A stretch of DNA of 56,493 bases from Yoonia sp. (GTDB lineage: Bacteria; Pseudomonadota; Alphaproteobacteria; Rhodobacterales; Rhodobacteraceae). The stretch covers positions 1 through 56,493 of the forward strand of contig DAISXL010000001.1 in the NCBI GenBank assembly GCA_036825855.1, written 5' to 3'. The notes under the pieces are model-generated. The model saw only the letters and a program-made list of their open reading frames with translations, had not been told where the DNA came from and made no database searches. Both the position numbers and the translations under genes were made by a program. This document shows, piece by piece, positions 36,320-45,538 of the stretch; position 1 is the first letter of the stretch; every line of letters begins with the position of its first letter.

Positions 36320-36343
36320 CTGACAAAAAAACTCGGATTGACA
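36320..36343 (+). promoter_or_regulatory. Putative Iron-Rhodo-box (IscR/Rrf2-type site) adjacent to a TTGACA -35 upstream of hemP
   Basis: CTGACAAAAAAACTCGG (36320-36336) resembles CTGAC-N7-GTCAG; TTGACA at 36338-36343. Confidence 0.55.
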
Positions 36344-36438
36344 TTTGCGCCGGTGAACCGGATGATATGCCCGTGTCCAGCCAGCCTGTCCCCCCGTGCA
36401 GGCAAGCCCGATCAACCCATCCGAAAGGTCCGTGGCAA

Positions 36439-36606
36439 ATGACAGTGCACACTCTTCCCCCGTCCGAGACGCAGGCGACCCGCGTCTTGCCCGCGCATGA
36501 CGCCGCCAGCCTGACCGAAGGCGGCAATCAGGCGTTGATCGTGCTGGGCGATCAGACCTATACCCTGCGCATCACCCGCGCCGGCAAGTTGATCCTGACG
36601 AAATGA
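36439..36606 (+). CDS. hemP: Hemin uptake protein HemP/HmuP
   Basis: C-terminal G..Y.LRITRAGKLILTK signature. Start at ATG 36439. Confidence 0.9.
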   Translation: MTVHTLPPSETQATRVLPAHDAASLTEGGNQALIVLGDQTYTLRITRAGKLILTK

Positions 36607-37061
36607 GCTTGCATGATCCGTTGCTGGGGCTTCAGACGGCCGCGCGTCTGTCCCAGCTCGATGATCTGGAAGCCTGCGTCGTGATCTATCTGAGGCTGTG
36701 GTGTTCCGGGGCCGAGGGGCGCTGTGCCATGCGCGCGGATCTGGCGCATGGTCTGGGTGAGGCCCGCGCCATCACGGCGACTGCGGCGTTTTCCGAGTTG
36801 GTCGACTTGGTGACCTGCCACCCGCAACGGACTTTGCACCGTTATCCCCTGCAATCGTCTTGCCTGCACCCTGACGAGACCTGTTTTGCGCATTTCGTGG
36901 CCAGTGCGGCAAGCGACGACCGCGAAGATGCGCTCTGGATGGCGATGCTGCTGGTGCAGGCTGATCTTGCCCCGCAACTGACGGCGGCGGCTGGGGCCTT
37001 CGGCTTGCGGATCCGGCAGATGCTGCTGCGCTGCCCCGATCCAGCGGCCTATCTGCACTAG
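36603..37061 (+). CDS. Hypothetical protein co-transcribed with hemP
   Basis: ATGA overlap with hemP; YLRLWC and C...DE.CFA.FVA.A motifs. Confidence 0.75.
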   Translation: MSLHDPLLGLQTAARLSQLDDLEACVVIYLRLWCSGAEGRCAMRADLAHGLGEARAITATAAFSELVDLVTCHPQRTLHRYPLQSSCLHPDETCFAHFVASAASDDREDALWMAMLLVQADLAPQLTAAAGAFGLRIRQMLLRCPDPAAYLH

Positions 37062-37873
37062 ATCCGGCGGCGCGCGGTCACCGGCCCGCCGTCCTGTGCG
37101 GCGATCCGCAGGGTCGCAGCCTCCAGCGGTTCATAGGCGGTGGCCATGTGATGCGCATTGGCATGGATCAGCGTCGCCTCGTCCACCATCATCGCGACAT
37201 GGCCGCGCCAGAAGATCAGATCGCCACGCCGTGCAGGCCCCGTGAAATCGGCCCCCAGCCCCGCGCTTTGCAGGTCGCTGTCGGCAGGGCACGGGATCGC
37301 ACAGGCCCCCAGCGCCGCCGCCACAAGACCCGAACAGTCAATGCCGCGCGTGGAATTGCCGCCCCACAGATAGGGCACCCCGTAATGCAACTGCGCGACG
37401 GTCGCAGGATCGGAAAAAGGCCGGTCGAGCGGCCGCAGGTGCTTTTTCGGGATATAGCCCAGCGTCGTTTCAAAGAACTTTGCCCGTTCATCGACGACGG
37501 TCACACGCGCTCCGAACGGCAGCGCCATCACATCGGGCGATTTCATGTCCTCGGCCAGATAGGCATGGGTCGCCATTGTGCCGACCATATGGGTCGCCGC
37601 CTGCACCGTGCCCAGCCGGTCGGACGCGACATAGCCGACATAGCCATCCGCGCCTTGCACGAAAGACCAGCCGTCCCGATCCTCGAACACGGTGACAACG
37701 GCACCCAGCAGCAATTGCCGGTCGCGCGCGCCCGCAGGTGCGGCACACAGATCGCTGACAGGGCGGACCAGCATCATCGGGTGCCCTGCCAGATAGCGGT
37801 CTGCCGTGACCTGCCCTGCCAGATGCAAGGCGGCGACACGGCCGTTCGCGGGCGTCAGGCGGCGGTCGGTCAC
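37058..37873 (-). CDS. NlpC/P60 (C40) peptidase with N-terminal SH3-like domains
   Basis: PYLWGG....GIDCSGLV, GDLIFW.GHVA, IHA, DGYVGYV. Confidence 0.93.
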   Translation of the reverse strand: MTDRRLTPANGRVAALHLAGQVTADRYLAGHPMMLVRPVSDLCAAPAGARDRQLLLGAVVTVFEDRDGWSFVQGADGYVGYVASDRLGTVQAATHMVGTMATHAYLAEDMKSPDVMALPFGARVTVVDERAKFFETTLGYIPKKHLRPLDRPFSDPATVAQLHYGVPYLWGGNSTRGIDCSGLVAAALGACAIPCPADSDLQSAGLGADFTGPARRGDLIFWRGHVAMMVDEATLIHANAHHMATAYEPLEAATLRIAAQDGGPVTARRRI

Positions 37874-39246
37874 AGGTTCAGCAGGCCCGGCAAGGCCGCC
37901 AGCACCGCGCGCGCGCCCATACCGACGCCGCCTTTTGGGCGCGATGGCGCGGCGGATGGCTGCCAGCCGTAGATGTCGAAATGCACATAGGGGCTTTGCA
38001 CAAAGCGCCGCAGGAACAGCGCCGCCGTGATGCTGCCCGCCATGCCACCGCCCGGCGCATTGTCGAGATCGGCAATACCGGGTTCGATCAGTGCCTCGTA
38101 AGGATCGTGGAACGGCATCCGCCAGACAGGGTCGGCCACCTGCCGCGCGGCGCGCGCGATGGCGGCGGCATGATCGTCGCTGTCGGTGTAGAACGGCGAC
38201 AGGTCCGGCCCTACCGCAACCCGTGCCGCGCCCGTCAGGGTCGCCATGGAAATCACCAGATCGGGCGTTTCCTCATCCGCGAGCGCCAGCGCATCGGCCA
38301 GCACCAGCCGGCCTTCGGCATCGGTGTTGTTGATCTCGACCGTCAGCCCCTTGCGCGACGGCAGGATGTCCTGCGGGCGGAACGCATCGCCCGCGATGCT
38401 GTTTTCGACGGCGGGAATCAGCACGCGCAGCTGCAGCCTGACGCCCAGCGCCATGATCATCTGCGCGAGCCCCAGAACCGTCGCGGCGCCGCCCATATCC
38501 TTTTTCATCAGCCCCATGGACGCATCGGATTTGATATTCAGCCCGCCGGTGTCGAAACACACGCCCTTGCCGACCAGCGTCAGCGTTGGCCCTGCGTCCC
38601 CCCAACGCATGTCGATCAGGCGCGGCGCGCGGGTGCTGGCGCGCCCGACCGCGTGGATCAGCGGAAACGCCCCGATCAGGTCGTCGCCTGTCGTGACGGT
38701 GATCGCCGCGCCATGCGCCTGCGCCAGATCGCGCGCGGCGTCCTCAAGCTCCTGCGGGCCCATGTCCGATGCTGGCGTATTGATCAGATCGCGCGTCAGC
38801 GCCTCGGCCTGCGCGATGATCTGGATCCGCGCCGCGTCGATGCCATCGGGGGCCACCAGACCTGCAATCGGCTCGGCGGGTTTGCGGTAGCGGTCGAACT
38901 GATACCCCGCCAGCAGCCAGGCAAGCGCCGCTTCTTCCAGATCAAGACCGGACAGCCCCGAGGCGATCCGGTAGACGCCCTTGGGCAGCTGCCGCGCGAC
39001 GGCCCCCAGATGGAACCGTCCGCGCGCCCGCGTCTGCGGCGTGCCATAGCCCACCAGCACCTGCGCGATCCCGCCTTGCGCATCGGGCACGACCAGCACC
39101 TGCCCCAAGCCTCCTTTGAACCCCTGAAGCCCGGCCCAGCTTTGCGCCGGCGCTGGCAGGTCGGCGACAAAGGCTGCAGCCTCGGCGGTTTGCAGAACGT
39201 GAATGGGGATCGCGACAGCATCGGCGGCGGCAAAGGCAAGGGGCAT
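37870..39246 (-). CDS. Leucyl aminopeptidase family protein (M17)
   Basis: RDLINTP, VGKGVCFDTGG, MKKDMGGAA, NTDAEGRL, ATLTGA. Confidence 0.95.
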   Translation of the reverse strand: MPLAFAAADAVAIPIHVLQTAEAAAFVADLPAPAQSWAGLQGFKGGLGQVLVVPDAQGGIAQVLVGYGTPQTRARGRFHLGAVARQLPKGVYRIASGLSGLDLEEAALAWLLAGYQFDRYRKPAEPIAGLVAPDGIDAARIQIIAQAEALTRDLINTPASDMGPQELEDAARDLAQAHGAAITVTTGDDLIGAFPLIHAVGRASTRAPRLIDMRWGDAGPTLTLVGKGVCFDTGGLNIKSDASMGLMKKDMGGAATVLGLAQMIMALGVRLQLRVLIPAVENSIAGDAFRPQDILPSRKGLTVEINNTDAEGRLVLADALALADEETPDLVISMATLTGAARVAVGPDLSPFYTDSDDHAAAIARAARQVADPVWRMPFHDPYEALIEPGIADLDNAPGGGMAGSITAALFLRRFVQSPYVHFDIYGWQPSAAPSRPKGGVGMGARAVLAALPGLLNL

Positions 39247-39326
39247 GGGTCATCCAGTCAGGTCATTCGCTGCCAGACTAACCGCCCGCCACGGCGCTGC
39301 AAGGGGCATCCCGGAACCCGACCGCG

Positions 39327-39743
39327 TCAGGGATCGTGGAAATCCCACACCTCTGTCACGGCGATGTCAAAAGCGCGTTCCAGCCGCCCCAGCGTGGCCG
39401 CCAGCGCATGCGCATCCTGCGCTGTGGCGCAACCGGCGACATGCCCCGCCGCCGTGGCCACATCCGTCAGCCCGATCTGGCCCGCCACCAGCGCGATCCG
39501 GCGCGCCGGTTTGGCCATGACCGCGTGATTGCCTGCCGCCAGCCCCTGCTGCAACTGATCCAGCCATTCGGCGATCCCTTCCAGAATGCTGCAAAGCATC
39601 TCTTCCGCCTCGTGGCGGGATCTGTGCGCAAAAGCCTGTGCCAGAAGCACCTGATCCTGCTTGTGATGATCCAGAGGGCGCAGAATCACGACCTCGCAGT
39701 CGGGACGGGTGAGGGCCGCAAGAAAGGGGAGGGTCTTGTCCAT
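39327..39743 (-). CDS. Hypothetical helical protein with weak Hpt-like pattern lacking the His
   Basis: Start probably at ATG 39743. Predicted all-alpha; ARRIALVAGQIGL.....A segment. Confidence 0.6.
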   Translation of the reverse strand: MDKTLPFLAALTRPDCEVVILRPLDHHKQDQVLLAQAFAHRSRHEAEEMLCSILEGIAEWLDQLQQGLAAGNHAVMAKPARRIALVAGQIGLTDVATAAGHVAGCATAQDAHALAATLGRLERAFDIAVTEVWDFHDP

Positions 39744-39855
39744 ATTCCGACATCTACGCGGCCAGTCTTCCCATAAGGTTGACGGGCGCACGAAAAATAG
39801 CTCGAAATTCCCGAAAATGCCACGTATCTCAAGACCATGTCCAAAGGAGTGACGC

Positions 39856-40503
39856 ATGCAATACGCCCGCCCGCTTCCGGCCTATCTGACCGCGCGGTTC
39901 CACACATGGAAATCGACCGTCTTTGAAGACAACAAGACGGTGTTCGGCGATCTGGCCGCGCAGGGCCAGCGCCCGCGCATCATGGTTGTGTCCTGCTGCG
40001 ACAGCCGTTTGCACGTGACATCCATGTTCGGCGCGGATCTGGGCGAATTGTTCATCCACCGCAATATCGCCAATCTGATCCCGCAATACGAACCCGACGG
40101 ATTGCATCACGGGACCTCGGCGGCTGTCGAATACGGGGTGCGCACGCTCAAGGTCGCACATCTGATCGTGCTGGGCCATTCGGGCTGTGGCGGCGTGGAA
40201 GGCTGCTACAACATGTGCGCAGGCCATGCGCCCGAACTGGAAGAACAGACCAGTTTCGTGGGCCGCTGGCTTGATATCATGCGCCCCGCCTACCGGAGCC
40301 TGCCCGCAGGCGACGATGCCAGCCGCAAGACCGCGCTGGAAAAATCGTCGATCCTTGTGTCGCTGCAGAACCTGATGACCTTTCCGTTCATCCGCAGCGC
40401 GGTCGAGGATGGCAGCGTCACTCTGCACGGCGTGTGGAAGAACATCGGCGAAGGCCGGCTAGAAACCTATGACCCGGATCACGGGCGTTTTGTCCCGTTG
40501 TGA
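39856..40503 (+). CDS. Beta-class carbonic anhydrase
   Basis: GQRP...VSCCDSR, GELFIHRNIANL, SAAVEY, VLGHSGCGG zinc ligands; AAGGAG RBS. Confidence 0.96.
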   Translation: MQYARPLPAYLTARFHTWKSTVFEDNKTVFGDLAAQGQRPRIMVVSCCDSRLHVTSMFGADLGELFIHRNIANLIPQYEPDGLHHGTSAAVEYGVRTLKVAHLIVLGHSGCGGVEGCYNMCAGHAPELEEQTSFVGRWLDIMRPAYRSLPAGDDASRKTALEKSSILVSLQNLMTFPFIRSAVEDGSVTLHGVWKNIGEGRLETYDPDHGRFVPL

Positions 40504-40512
40504 AAGCCTGAC

Positions 40513-41490
40513 ATGACCGAAATCCTGTCTCTTGCGGGGTCGAACCTGATCTCGCCGATCATCCTGAGCTTTGCCTTGGGGTTGCTTGCCGCGCTGGCGC
40601 GGTCCGACCTGACCATCCCCGAGGCAATCGCCAAAGGCATGTCGATCTATCTGCTGTTTTCCATCGGGTTCAAAGGTGGCGTCGCGGTCAGCGCGCATGG
40701 CATCGACCAGACGCTGGTGCTGGCGCTGATCGCGGGTCTGGTCTTGTCCTTCGTGCTGCCGCTGCTGGCCTTCGCCATGCTGCGGGTGATGACGGGGTTG
40801 TCGGCGGTGGATGCCGCCGCGGTTGCGGCGCATTACGGCTCGATCAGCATCGTGACCTTTGTTGCCGCCACCTCTGTCCTGAATGGGCGGATGATTTCGT
40901 CCGAAGGCTATATGGTCGCGGTCGCCGCCGTAATGGAAGCCCCCGCCATCCTGTCCGCGCTTTGGCTGGTCGCGCGCTCGGGCGGCGAGGCGCGGATGGA
41001 ACCCGGGCTGATCCGCGAATTGCTGCTGAACGGGTCGATCGTGCTGCTGGTGGGGGCGTTTTTCATCGGCGCGATCACGGGCGAAAAAGGATTTGATGAA
41101 ATCAGCGCCTTCATCGAGGCCCCGTTCAAGGGCGTGCTGTGTCTGTTCCTGCTCGACATGGGGCTGATCGCGGGGCGCGGATTGCGCCAGTCGCGCGGGG
41201 TGCTGGGCCTTGGCGCTGTCGGCTTTGCGATCCTGATGCCACTGACAAGCGCGATGATCGGCCTTGGTGTCGGCGCGCTGATCGGGCTGTCGCTGGGTGG
41301 CGTGGTGCTGATGATGGTGCTCTGCGCCTCGGCAAGCTATATCGCCGTGCCCGCCGCCATGCGCGTCGCCTTGCCAGAGGCCAATCCGGCCGTCTACCTG
41401 ACCCTGTCGCTGGGCGTGACCTTTCCTTTCAACCTGACGCTGGGCATTCCGCTCTACCTCGCCATTGCCCAAGCCGTGACCGGAGCCTGA
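40513..41490 (+). CDS. sbtA: Sodium-dependent bicarbonate transport family permease SbtA
   Basis: SDL.IP.AI.K..SIYLL..IGFKGG, AAHYGS.S.VTF, ME.PAI, L.LFLLDMG, ASASYIAVPAAMR, SLG.TFPFN...GIPLY. Confidence 0.94.
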   Translation: MTEILSLAGSNLISPIILSFALGLLAALARSDLTIPEAIAKGMSIYLLFSIGFKGGVAVSAHGIDQTLVLALIAGLVLSFVLPLLAFAMLRVMTGLSAVDAAAVAAHYGSISIVTFVAATSVLNGRMISSEGYMVAVAAVMEAPAILSALWLVARSGGEARMEPGLIRELLLNGSIVLLVGAFFIGAITGEKGFDEISAFIEAPFKGVLCLFLLDMGLIAGRGLRQSRGVLGLGAVGFAILMPLTSAMIGLGVGALIGLSLGGVVLMMVLCASASYIAVPAAMRVALPEANPAVYLTLSLGVTFPFNLTLGIPLYLAIAQAVTGA

Positions 41491-41491
41491 C

Positions 41492-41800
41492 ATGCAGACC
41501 CATATCGCCAAACGCGTCGAGATCGTGATCGAGGCACCGCTGGAACGCCGCCTGACAGATGCGCTGACCGCTGCCGGCGTCACCGGCTATACCGTGCTGC
41601 CGGTCTTGGGTGGGTCGGGACGGTCAGGCCAGTGGTCGCGTGACGGACAGGTCGGGCGCGCGGGCATGGTCAGCGTCGTGTGCTTGATCAAACCCGAACG
41701 GTTGGACGGGCTGCTCGATGCGATCTTTGCCGTGGTCAAGAAACATATTGGTGTCGTCAGCGTGACAGACGCGCATGTGCTGCGCGCCGAACGGTTCTGA
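41492..41800 (+). CDS. sbtB: PII-like protein SbtB
   Basis: KRVEIVIE, G.TGYT....G.SG..G, G.V.V.D..VLR.E.F; immediately downstream of sbtA. Confidence 0.88.
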   Translation: MQTHIAKRVEIVIEAPLERRLTDALTAAGVTGYTVLPVLGGSGRSGQWSRDGQVGRAGMVSVVCLIKPERLDGLLDAIFAVVKKHIGVVSVTDAHVLRAERF

Positions 41801-41828
41801 TCCACACGGACGCGCGGAAAGACTTTGT

Positions 41829-41909
41829 GCCTCCGGCGGGGATATTTGGGCTCGAACGATGGGGGTTTTGCCCTTTCATCTTTGGAGTAGAAATATCCCC
41901 GCCGGAGGC
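41829..41909. repeat. Inverted pair (REPIN-like doublet) of the REP-like repeat, copies 3 and 4
   Basis: GCCTCCGGCGGGGATATTT (41829-41847) and AAATATCCCCGCCGGAGGC (41891-41909) form a perfect 19-bp inverted repeat with a 43-bp spacer, between convergent sbtB and zapE. Confidence 0.88.
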
Positions 41910-41919
41910 CAGAAAGTTT

Positions 41920-42981
41920 CTATCCTGCCGCCTGCCCCCATCCCGCAGATTGCATTTCGCGCAAGCGGCTGGCGGTGCGGGCGAATTCGAACGTGCCTTC
42001 ACCTTCGAGATACAGCATCTCGGGGCTGGCGGCGGCAGAACAGATCAGCCGCACCTTGGCCTCGTAAAGCGCGTCGATCAGCGTGACAAAGCGTTTGGCC
42101 TCGTTGAAATTGCTGCGCGACAGGGCGGGAATATCCTCGAGGATCAGCACGCGTACGGCATCGGCCAGCGTCAGATAATCCGCAGGGCCCAGCGGGCGGC
42201 CACAAAGGTCATAAAATGTCGCCCGCGCCACGCCGTTGTGAAACCGCAGCAGCGTCACCTGCCGTCCGTTGACATGCAGCACCAGCGCCTCGGACTGGCC
42301 CAGGCTGAAATCATCCCAGATTGCGTTGATCGCGGCACGGGCCTCGGCGTTGATCGGGGTGAAATAGCTGGGGCTGCCAGCCAGCCGGTCCTGCCGGTAA
42401 TCCTGCGCGCTGGCCAGTTCATGCACTACCATCCGGTCCTTGAGAAGCGCGATAAATGGCAGGAAAAGCTGGCGGTTCAACCCGTTGAGATAGAGATCAT
42501 CGGGCGGGCGATTCGAGGTGGTCACGACCACGACCCCCGCCGCCATCAGCGCGGTGAAAAGCCGCCCCACGATCATCGCATCGGTGATGTCGCTGATCTG
42601 CATCTCGTCAAAGGCCAGAAACCGTACGCGTCCCGCCAGTTTCGCAGCCACGGGCGCAATGGCGTCATCCACCCCGTCCTTGCGCGCCACGGCGATTTCG
42701 GCATGGACCCATTGCATGAAAGCATGGAAATGGCGCCGTTCCTTGGGCACGTCCACGGCCGCATAGAGCATGTCCATCAGCATGGATTTGCCGCGCCCGA
42801 CCCCGCCCCACAGGTAAAGCCCCTTTGCGGGTGGCGGCAGCTTGCGGAAAAAGCCGGTTTTAACAGGTTCGGCCAGAGCGGCCCTGATCCGTTCCAGCTC
42901 TGGCAAGGCCGCGATCTGCGCCGGATCGGGCGTCAGTTTGCCCGCAGCGACGGCGGCCTCATATGCCTGTTGGACTGTCAT
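41920..42981 (-). CDS. zapE: AFG1-family ATPase ZapE
   Basis: GLYLWGGVGRGKSMLMD, HFHAFM, FDEMQI.DI.DAMI, TTSNRPP.DLY..GLNR, RF.TLID.LYE, RTASRL.EMQ. Start at ATG 42981. Confidence 0.95.
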   Translation of the reverse strand: MTVQQAYEAAVAAGKLTPDPAQIAALPELERIRAALAEPVKTGFFRKLPPPAKGLYLWGGVGRGKSMLMDMLYAAVDVPKERRHFHAFMQWVHAEIAVARKDGVDDAIAPVAAKLAGRVRFLAFDEMQISDITDAMIVGRLFTALMAAGVVVVTTSNRPPDDLYLNGLNRQLFLPFIALLKDRMVVHELASAQDYRQDRLAGSPSYFTPINAEARAAINAIWDDFSLGQSEALVLHVNGRQVTLLRFHNGVARATFYDLCGRPLGPADYLTLADAVRVLILEDIPALSRSNFNEAKRFVTLIDALYEAKVRLICSAAASPEMLYLEGEGTFEFARTASRLREMQSAGWGQAAG

Positions 42982-43031
42982 CCGCGCTGCATAGACTGAC
43001 CGCCGTGCCTTGAAAAGGACCGACCTTCGGG

Positions 43032-43958
43032 TCAGTCGCGCAGGCCGACACGCAGGGCCTTCATCGCCTCGGCGGGGTGGCTGTAGGGCATCGCGTGGCC
43101 TGCCCCCGGTACCACCTCCTGATGGGCGCCGCGGTTCCATTGCGCGAGTAGCCCAAGGGCAGACAGCGGAATGACCTCGTCCTTTTCGGCCCAGATCGCG
43201 ACCACGGGCAGCGCCATCTTGGCGATCTTGCGATGCTCTTTCTCCAGCCGCTCGGACAGGACGCCGCGCCTGCTGGACAGGATCGCACGCAGATAGCCTT
43301 TGCGGTTCAGTTCCGCCCGTTGGGCATAGCGCACGATGTTGAGGTTCAGGTTCGGCCCGTCTGCGGGGATCGCGGCGAGTATCCGGCGGCGTCCGAACAT
43401 GCTGTGCACCCAGTCGCCGATCACAGGCAAGCGCCGGCAAAAGCGCGCGAAATCATCCTCGGGCGTCAGGATGCCGGCCGTCGCGAACAGGATCAGTCGC
43501 GTCACGCGGTGCGGGTTTCGCGCGGCGAACAGCGTGGCGATGGCACCGCCCATCGAATAGCCGACCAATGTCACCTCTTCGGGGACATCCTGATGGTGCA
43601 AAAGGTCCGATAACTGTCGCAGAAAGAACGCGCCGTTCTGCCGCCCGCGCGGCGCGTCCGACAAGCCCCGCCCGTAAAGATCGTAGATCAGCACGCGATA
43701 GCCCATCCGGCCCAGCCCTTCGGCCAGATCATGCATCGCGACCGAAGGCGTGGCGATCCCGTGGACCAGCACTGCGACAGGGCCACGCGCCGAGCCCAGC
43801 CAGCGGTAATAAGTGACACCTTGGGACAACACGGCGAATTCGCCCTTGGCAGACTGGCGTTCCGCAGGTCCGATGGTCGTCCGCCGCCGTTCCAGCAGGA
43901 TGGGCAAGGCCGCGACCGCGCCCAGCACCCCCAAGACCAAGAAACCGATGTACCACAT
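43032..43958 (-). CDS. Membrane-anchored alpha/beta fold hydrolase
   Basis: N-terminal TM helix; LVHG, YDLYGRGLSD, GYSMGG nucleophile elbow, D and GAGH triad residues. Start at ATG 43958. Confidence 0.88.
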   Translation of the reverse strand: MWYIGFLVLGVLGAVAALPILLERRRTTIGPAERQSAKGEFAVLSQGVTYYRWLGSARGPVAVLVHGIATPSVAMHDLAEGLGRMGYRVLIYDLYGRGLSDAPRGRQNGAFFLRQLSDLLHHQDVPEEVTLVGYSMGGAIATLFAARNPHRVTRLILFATAGILTPEDDFARFCRRLPVIGDWVHSMFGRRRILAAIPADGPNLNLNIVRYAQRAELNRKGYLRAILSSRRGVLSERLEKEHRKIAKMALPVVAIWAEKDEVIPLSALGLLAQWNRGAHQEVVPGAGHAMPYSHPAEAMKALRVGLRD

Positions 43959-43975
43959 ACCGCCCGCGTCCTTTG

Positions 43976-44890
43976 TCAGCGCCGCGCCTGCCAGACGTCC
44001 AGAATGTAGCGGCACGTCATCAGGTCGAGATGCGCGCCGCCCCCGTTCTTGAACAGGGTAATCTCGTCGGGATTATGGCGCGTGAAGCGATCCAGCGCAT
44101 AGAAATCGGCGATGACATCCTCTGGCGTGATGACACCTGCGGCAATCGGGATCTTCAGCTCGCCGATATGGTGGGTCGTCGTCTCGCGGCTGTCGACGAA
44201 AATCCGCGCCTTTTGCAGGGCGGCGTCATCGACCTCGCGCATGTCGGGGCGGTAGGCGCCGATCAGGTCGACATGGGTGCCGGGGCGCAGCCAGTCGCCT
44301 TTTATCAGTGGGTCGGTGGACATGGTGGCAGAGGTCACGATATCCGCGCGGCGCACCGCCTGTTCCAGATCACCCGCGACGGTCACATCGGGAAAGGCCT
44401 GCCGGAACGCCTCTGCCCCGTCTGCCGAGCGGTTCCAGACGGTGAAGCGCGCCTCCGGAAAGGCCGCGCCATAGGCTTGGCGCAGCGATTGCCCCACGGT
44501 GCCTGCACCCACGATCAGGATGTTGCGGCTGTCAGGGCGCGCAAGACGGCGTGCGGCCAGAAGACTGTCACCGGCGGTTTTCCATTTGGTCACCAGATGG
44601 AAATCAAGGATCGCCTCCAGCGCGCCGTCCTGCGCTGAAAAGAGGTTCACCGCCCCGCCGATCGCAGGCTTGCCCAGCGCCTTGTTACCCGGAAAGATCG
44701 TCGCGCATTTCACCGCAAGCCCCAGTCCCGCGATCCAGGCGGAACGGTTCAGCAGCGTATTCGCCCCTTCGTAAAGGAACACATCGGCGACATCGGCCTT
44801 GGGGCCTTGATGCCCTGCGGCCAGTGCATCGGTCAGAGCCAGCCAGTCGAGCATGGCATCGGCTTCGGCGAAGGGGATCATCACGGTCAT
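43976..44890 (-). CDS. Ornithine cyclodeaminase/mu-crystallin family imine reductase
   Basis: VK..TIFP.N, T.WKTAGDS, IVGAGTVG, ADIV.SAT, G.HVDLIGAY, ITLFKNGG.A..DL. Start at ATG 44890. Confidence 0.9.
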   Translation of the reverse strand: MTVMIPFAEADAMLDWLALTDALAAGHQGPKADVADVFLYEGANTLLNRSAWIAGLGLAVKCATIFPGNKALGKPAIGGAVNLFSAQDGALEAILDFHLVTKWKTAGDSLLAARRLARPDSRNILIVGAGTVGQSLRQAYGAAFPEARFTVWNRSADGAEAFRQAFPDVTVAGDLEQAVRRADIVTSATMSTDPLIKGDWLRPGTHVDLIGAYRPDMREVDDAALQKARIFVDSRETTTHHIGELKIPIAAGVITPEDVIADFYALDRFTRHNPDEITLFKNGGGAHLDLMTCRYILDVWQARR

Positions 44891-45510
44891 CGGGCTTGGC
44901 TTTCTGACAAGAGCCCCGCCCCGACAAGGCGGTCGGCCCAGCCTTGCGGATGCGTGAACAGATGGGTCTGCCATCCGCGCGCGGCGGCGGCGTTGATATT
45001 GTCGATCCGGTCGTCGGCAAACAAAAGCGTTGCAGGGTCCAGCCCGCAATCTTCCTCGACCATGGCATAGATCGCAGGGTCGGGTTTGATGACCGCCATA
45101 TGGCCCGAGATGTAGCGCCGGTCGAATTCGCGCAGGAACGGATAGACAGGTTCGGCGATCTCGAAGGTCTGGATGCCAAAATTGGTCAGAGCAAAGACCG
45201 GCACACCGTTGGCGCGCAACGCGCGCAGCAGGCGCACGGAATGGTCGATGGCGGGGGCGGCCATGTCGATCCAGCGGTCGTGCCACATCAGCACCTCGTC
45301 GCGCCAGTCGGGGTTGGCCTCGGCCGCGGCATGGATCGTGTCACGGAAATGCCCGCCACGGTCCACGACATCGTTGATCCCGTGCAGGTCGATGGCGGCG
45401 AACATGGCCTTGCGGCGGTCCGCGCCGATCACGCTGTCGAAGAACCGTTCCGGCTGCCATTCGATCAGCACATTGCCGATGTCAAAGATGACCGCGTTGA
45501 TCTGGGACAT
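44887..45510 (-). CDS. HAD family phosphatase
   Basis: FDIGNVL, LTNF, KPDPAIY, FADDR..N. Start at ATG 45510. Confidence 0.9.
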   Translation of the reverse strand: MSQINAVIFDIGNVLIEWQPERFFDSVIGADRRKAMFAAIDLHGINDVVDRGGHFRDTIHAAAEANPDWRDEVLMWHDRWIDMAAPAIDHSVRLLRALRANGVPVFALTNFGIQTFEIAEPVYPFLREFDRRYISGHMAVIKPDPAIYAMVEEDCGLDPATLLFADDRIDNINAAAARGWQTHLFTHPQGWADRLVGAGLLSESQAR

Positions 45511-45538
45511 GGATGCTCCTGCCTTGGTTGTGCGCAGC

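Noticed and set aside
41829..41909. Repeat copies as a CRISPR array or an autonomous IS
   Set aside because: The copies are inverted or dispersed rather than regularly spaced direct repeats, and there is no cas or transposase gene.
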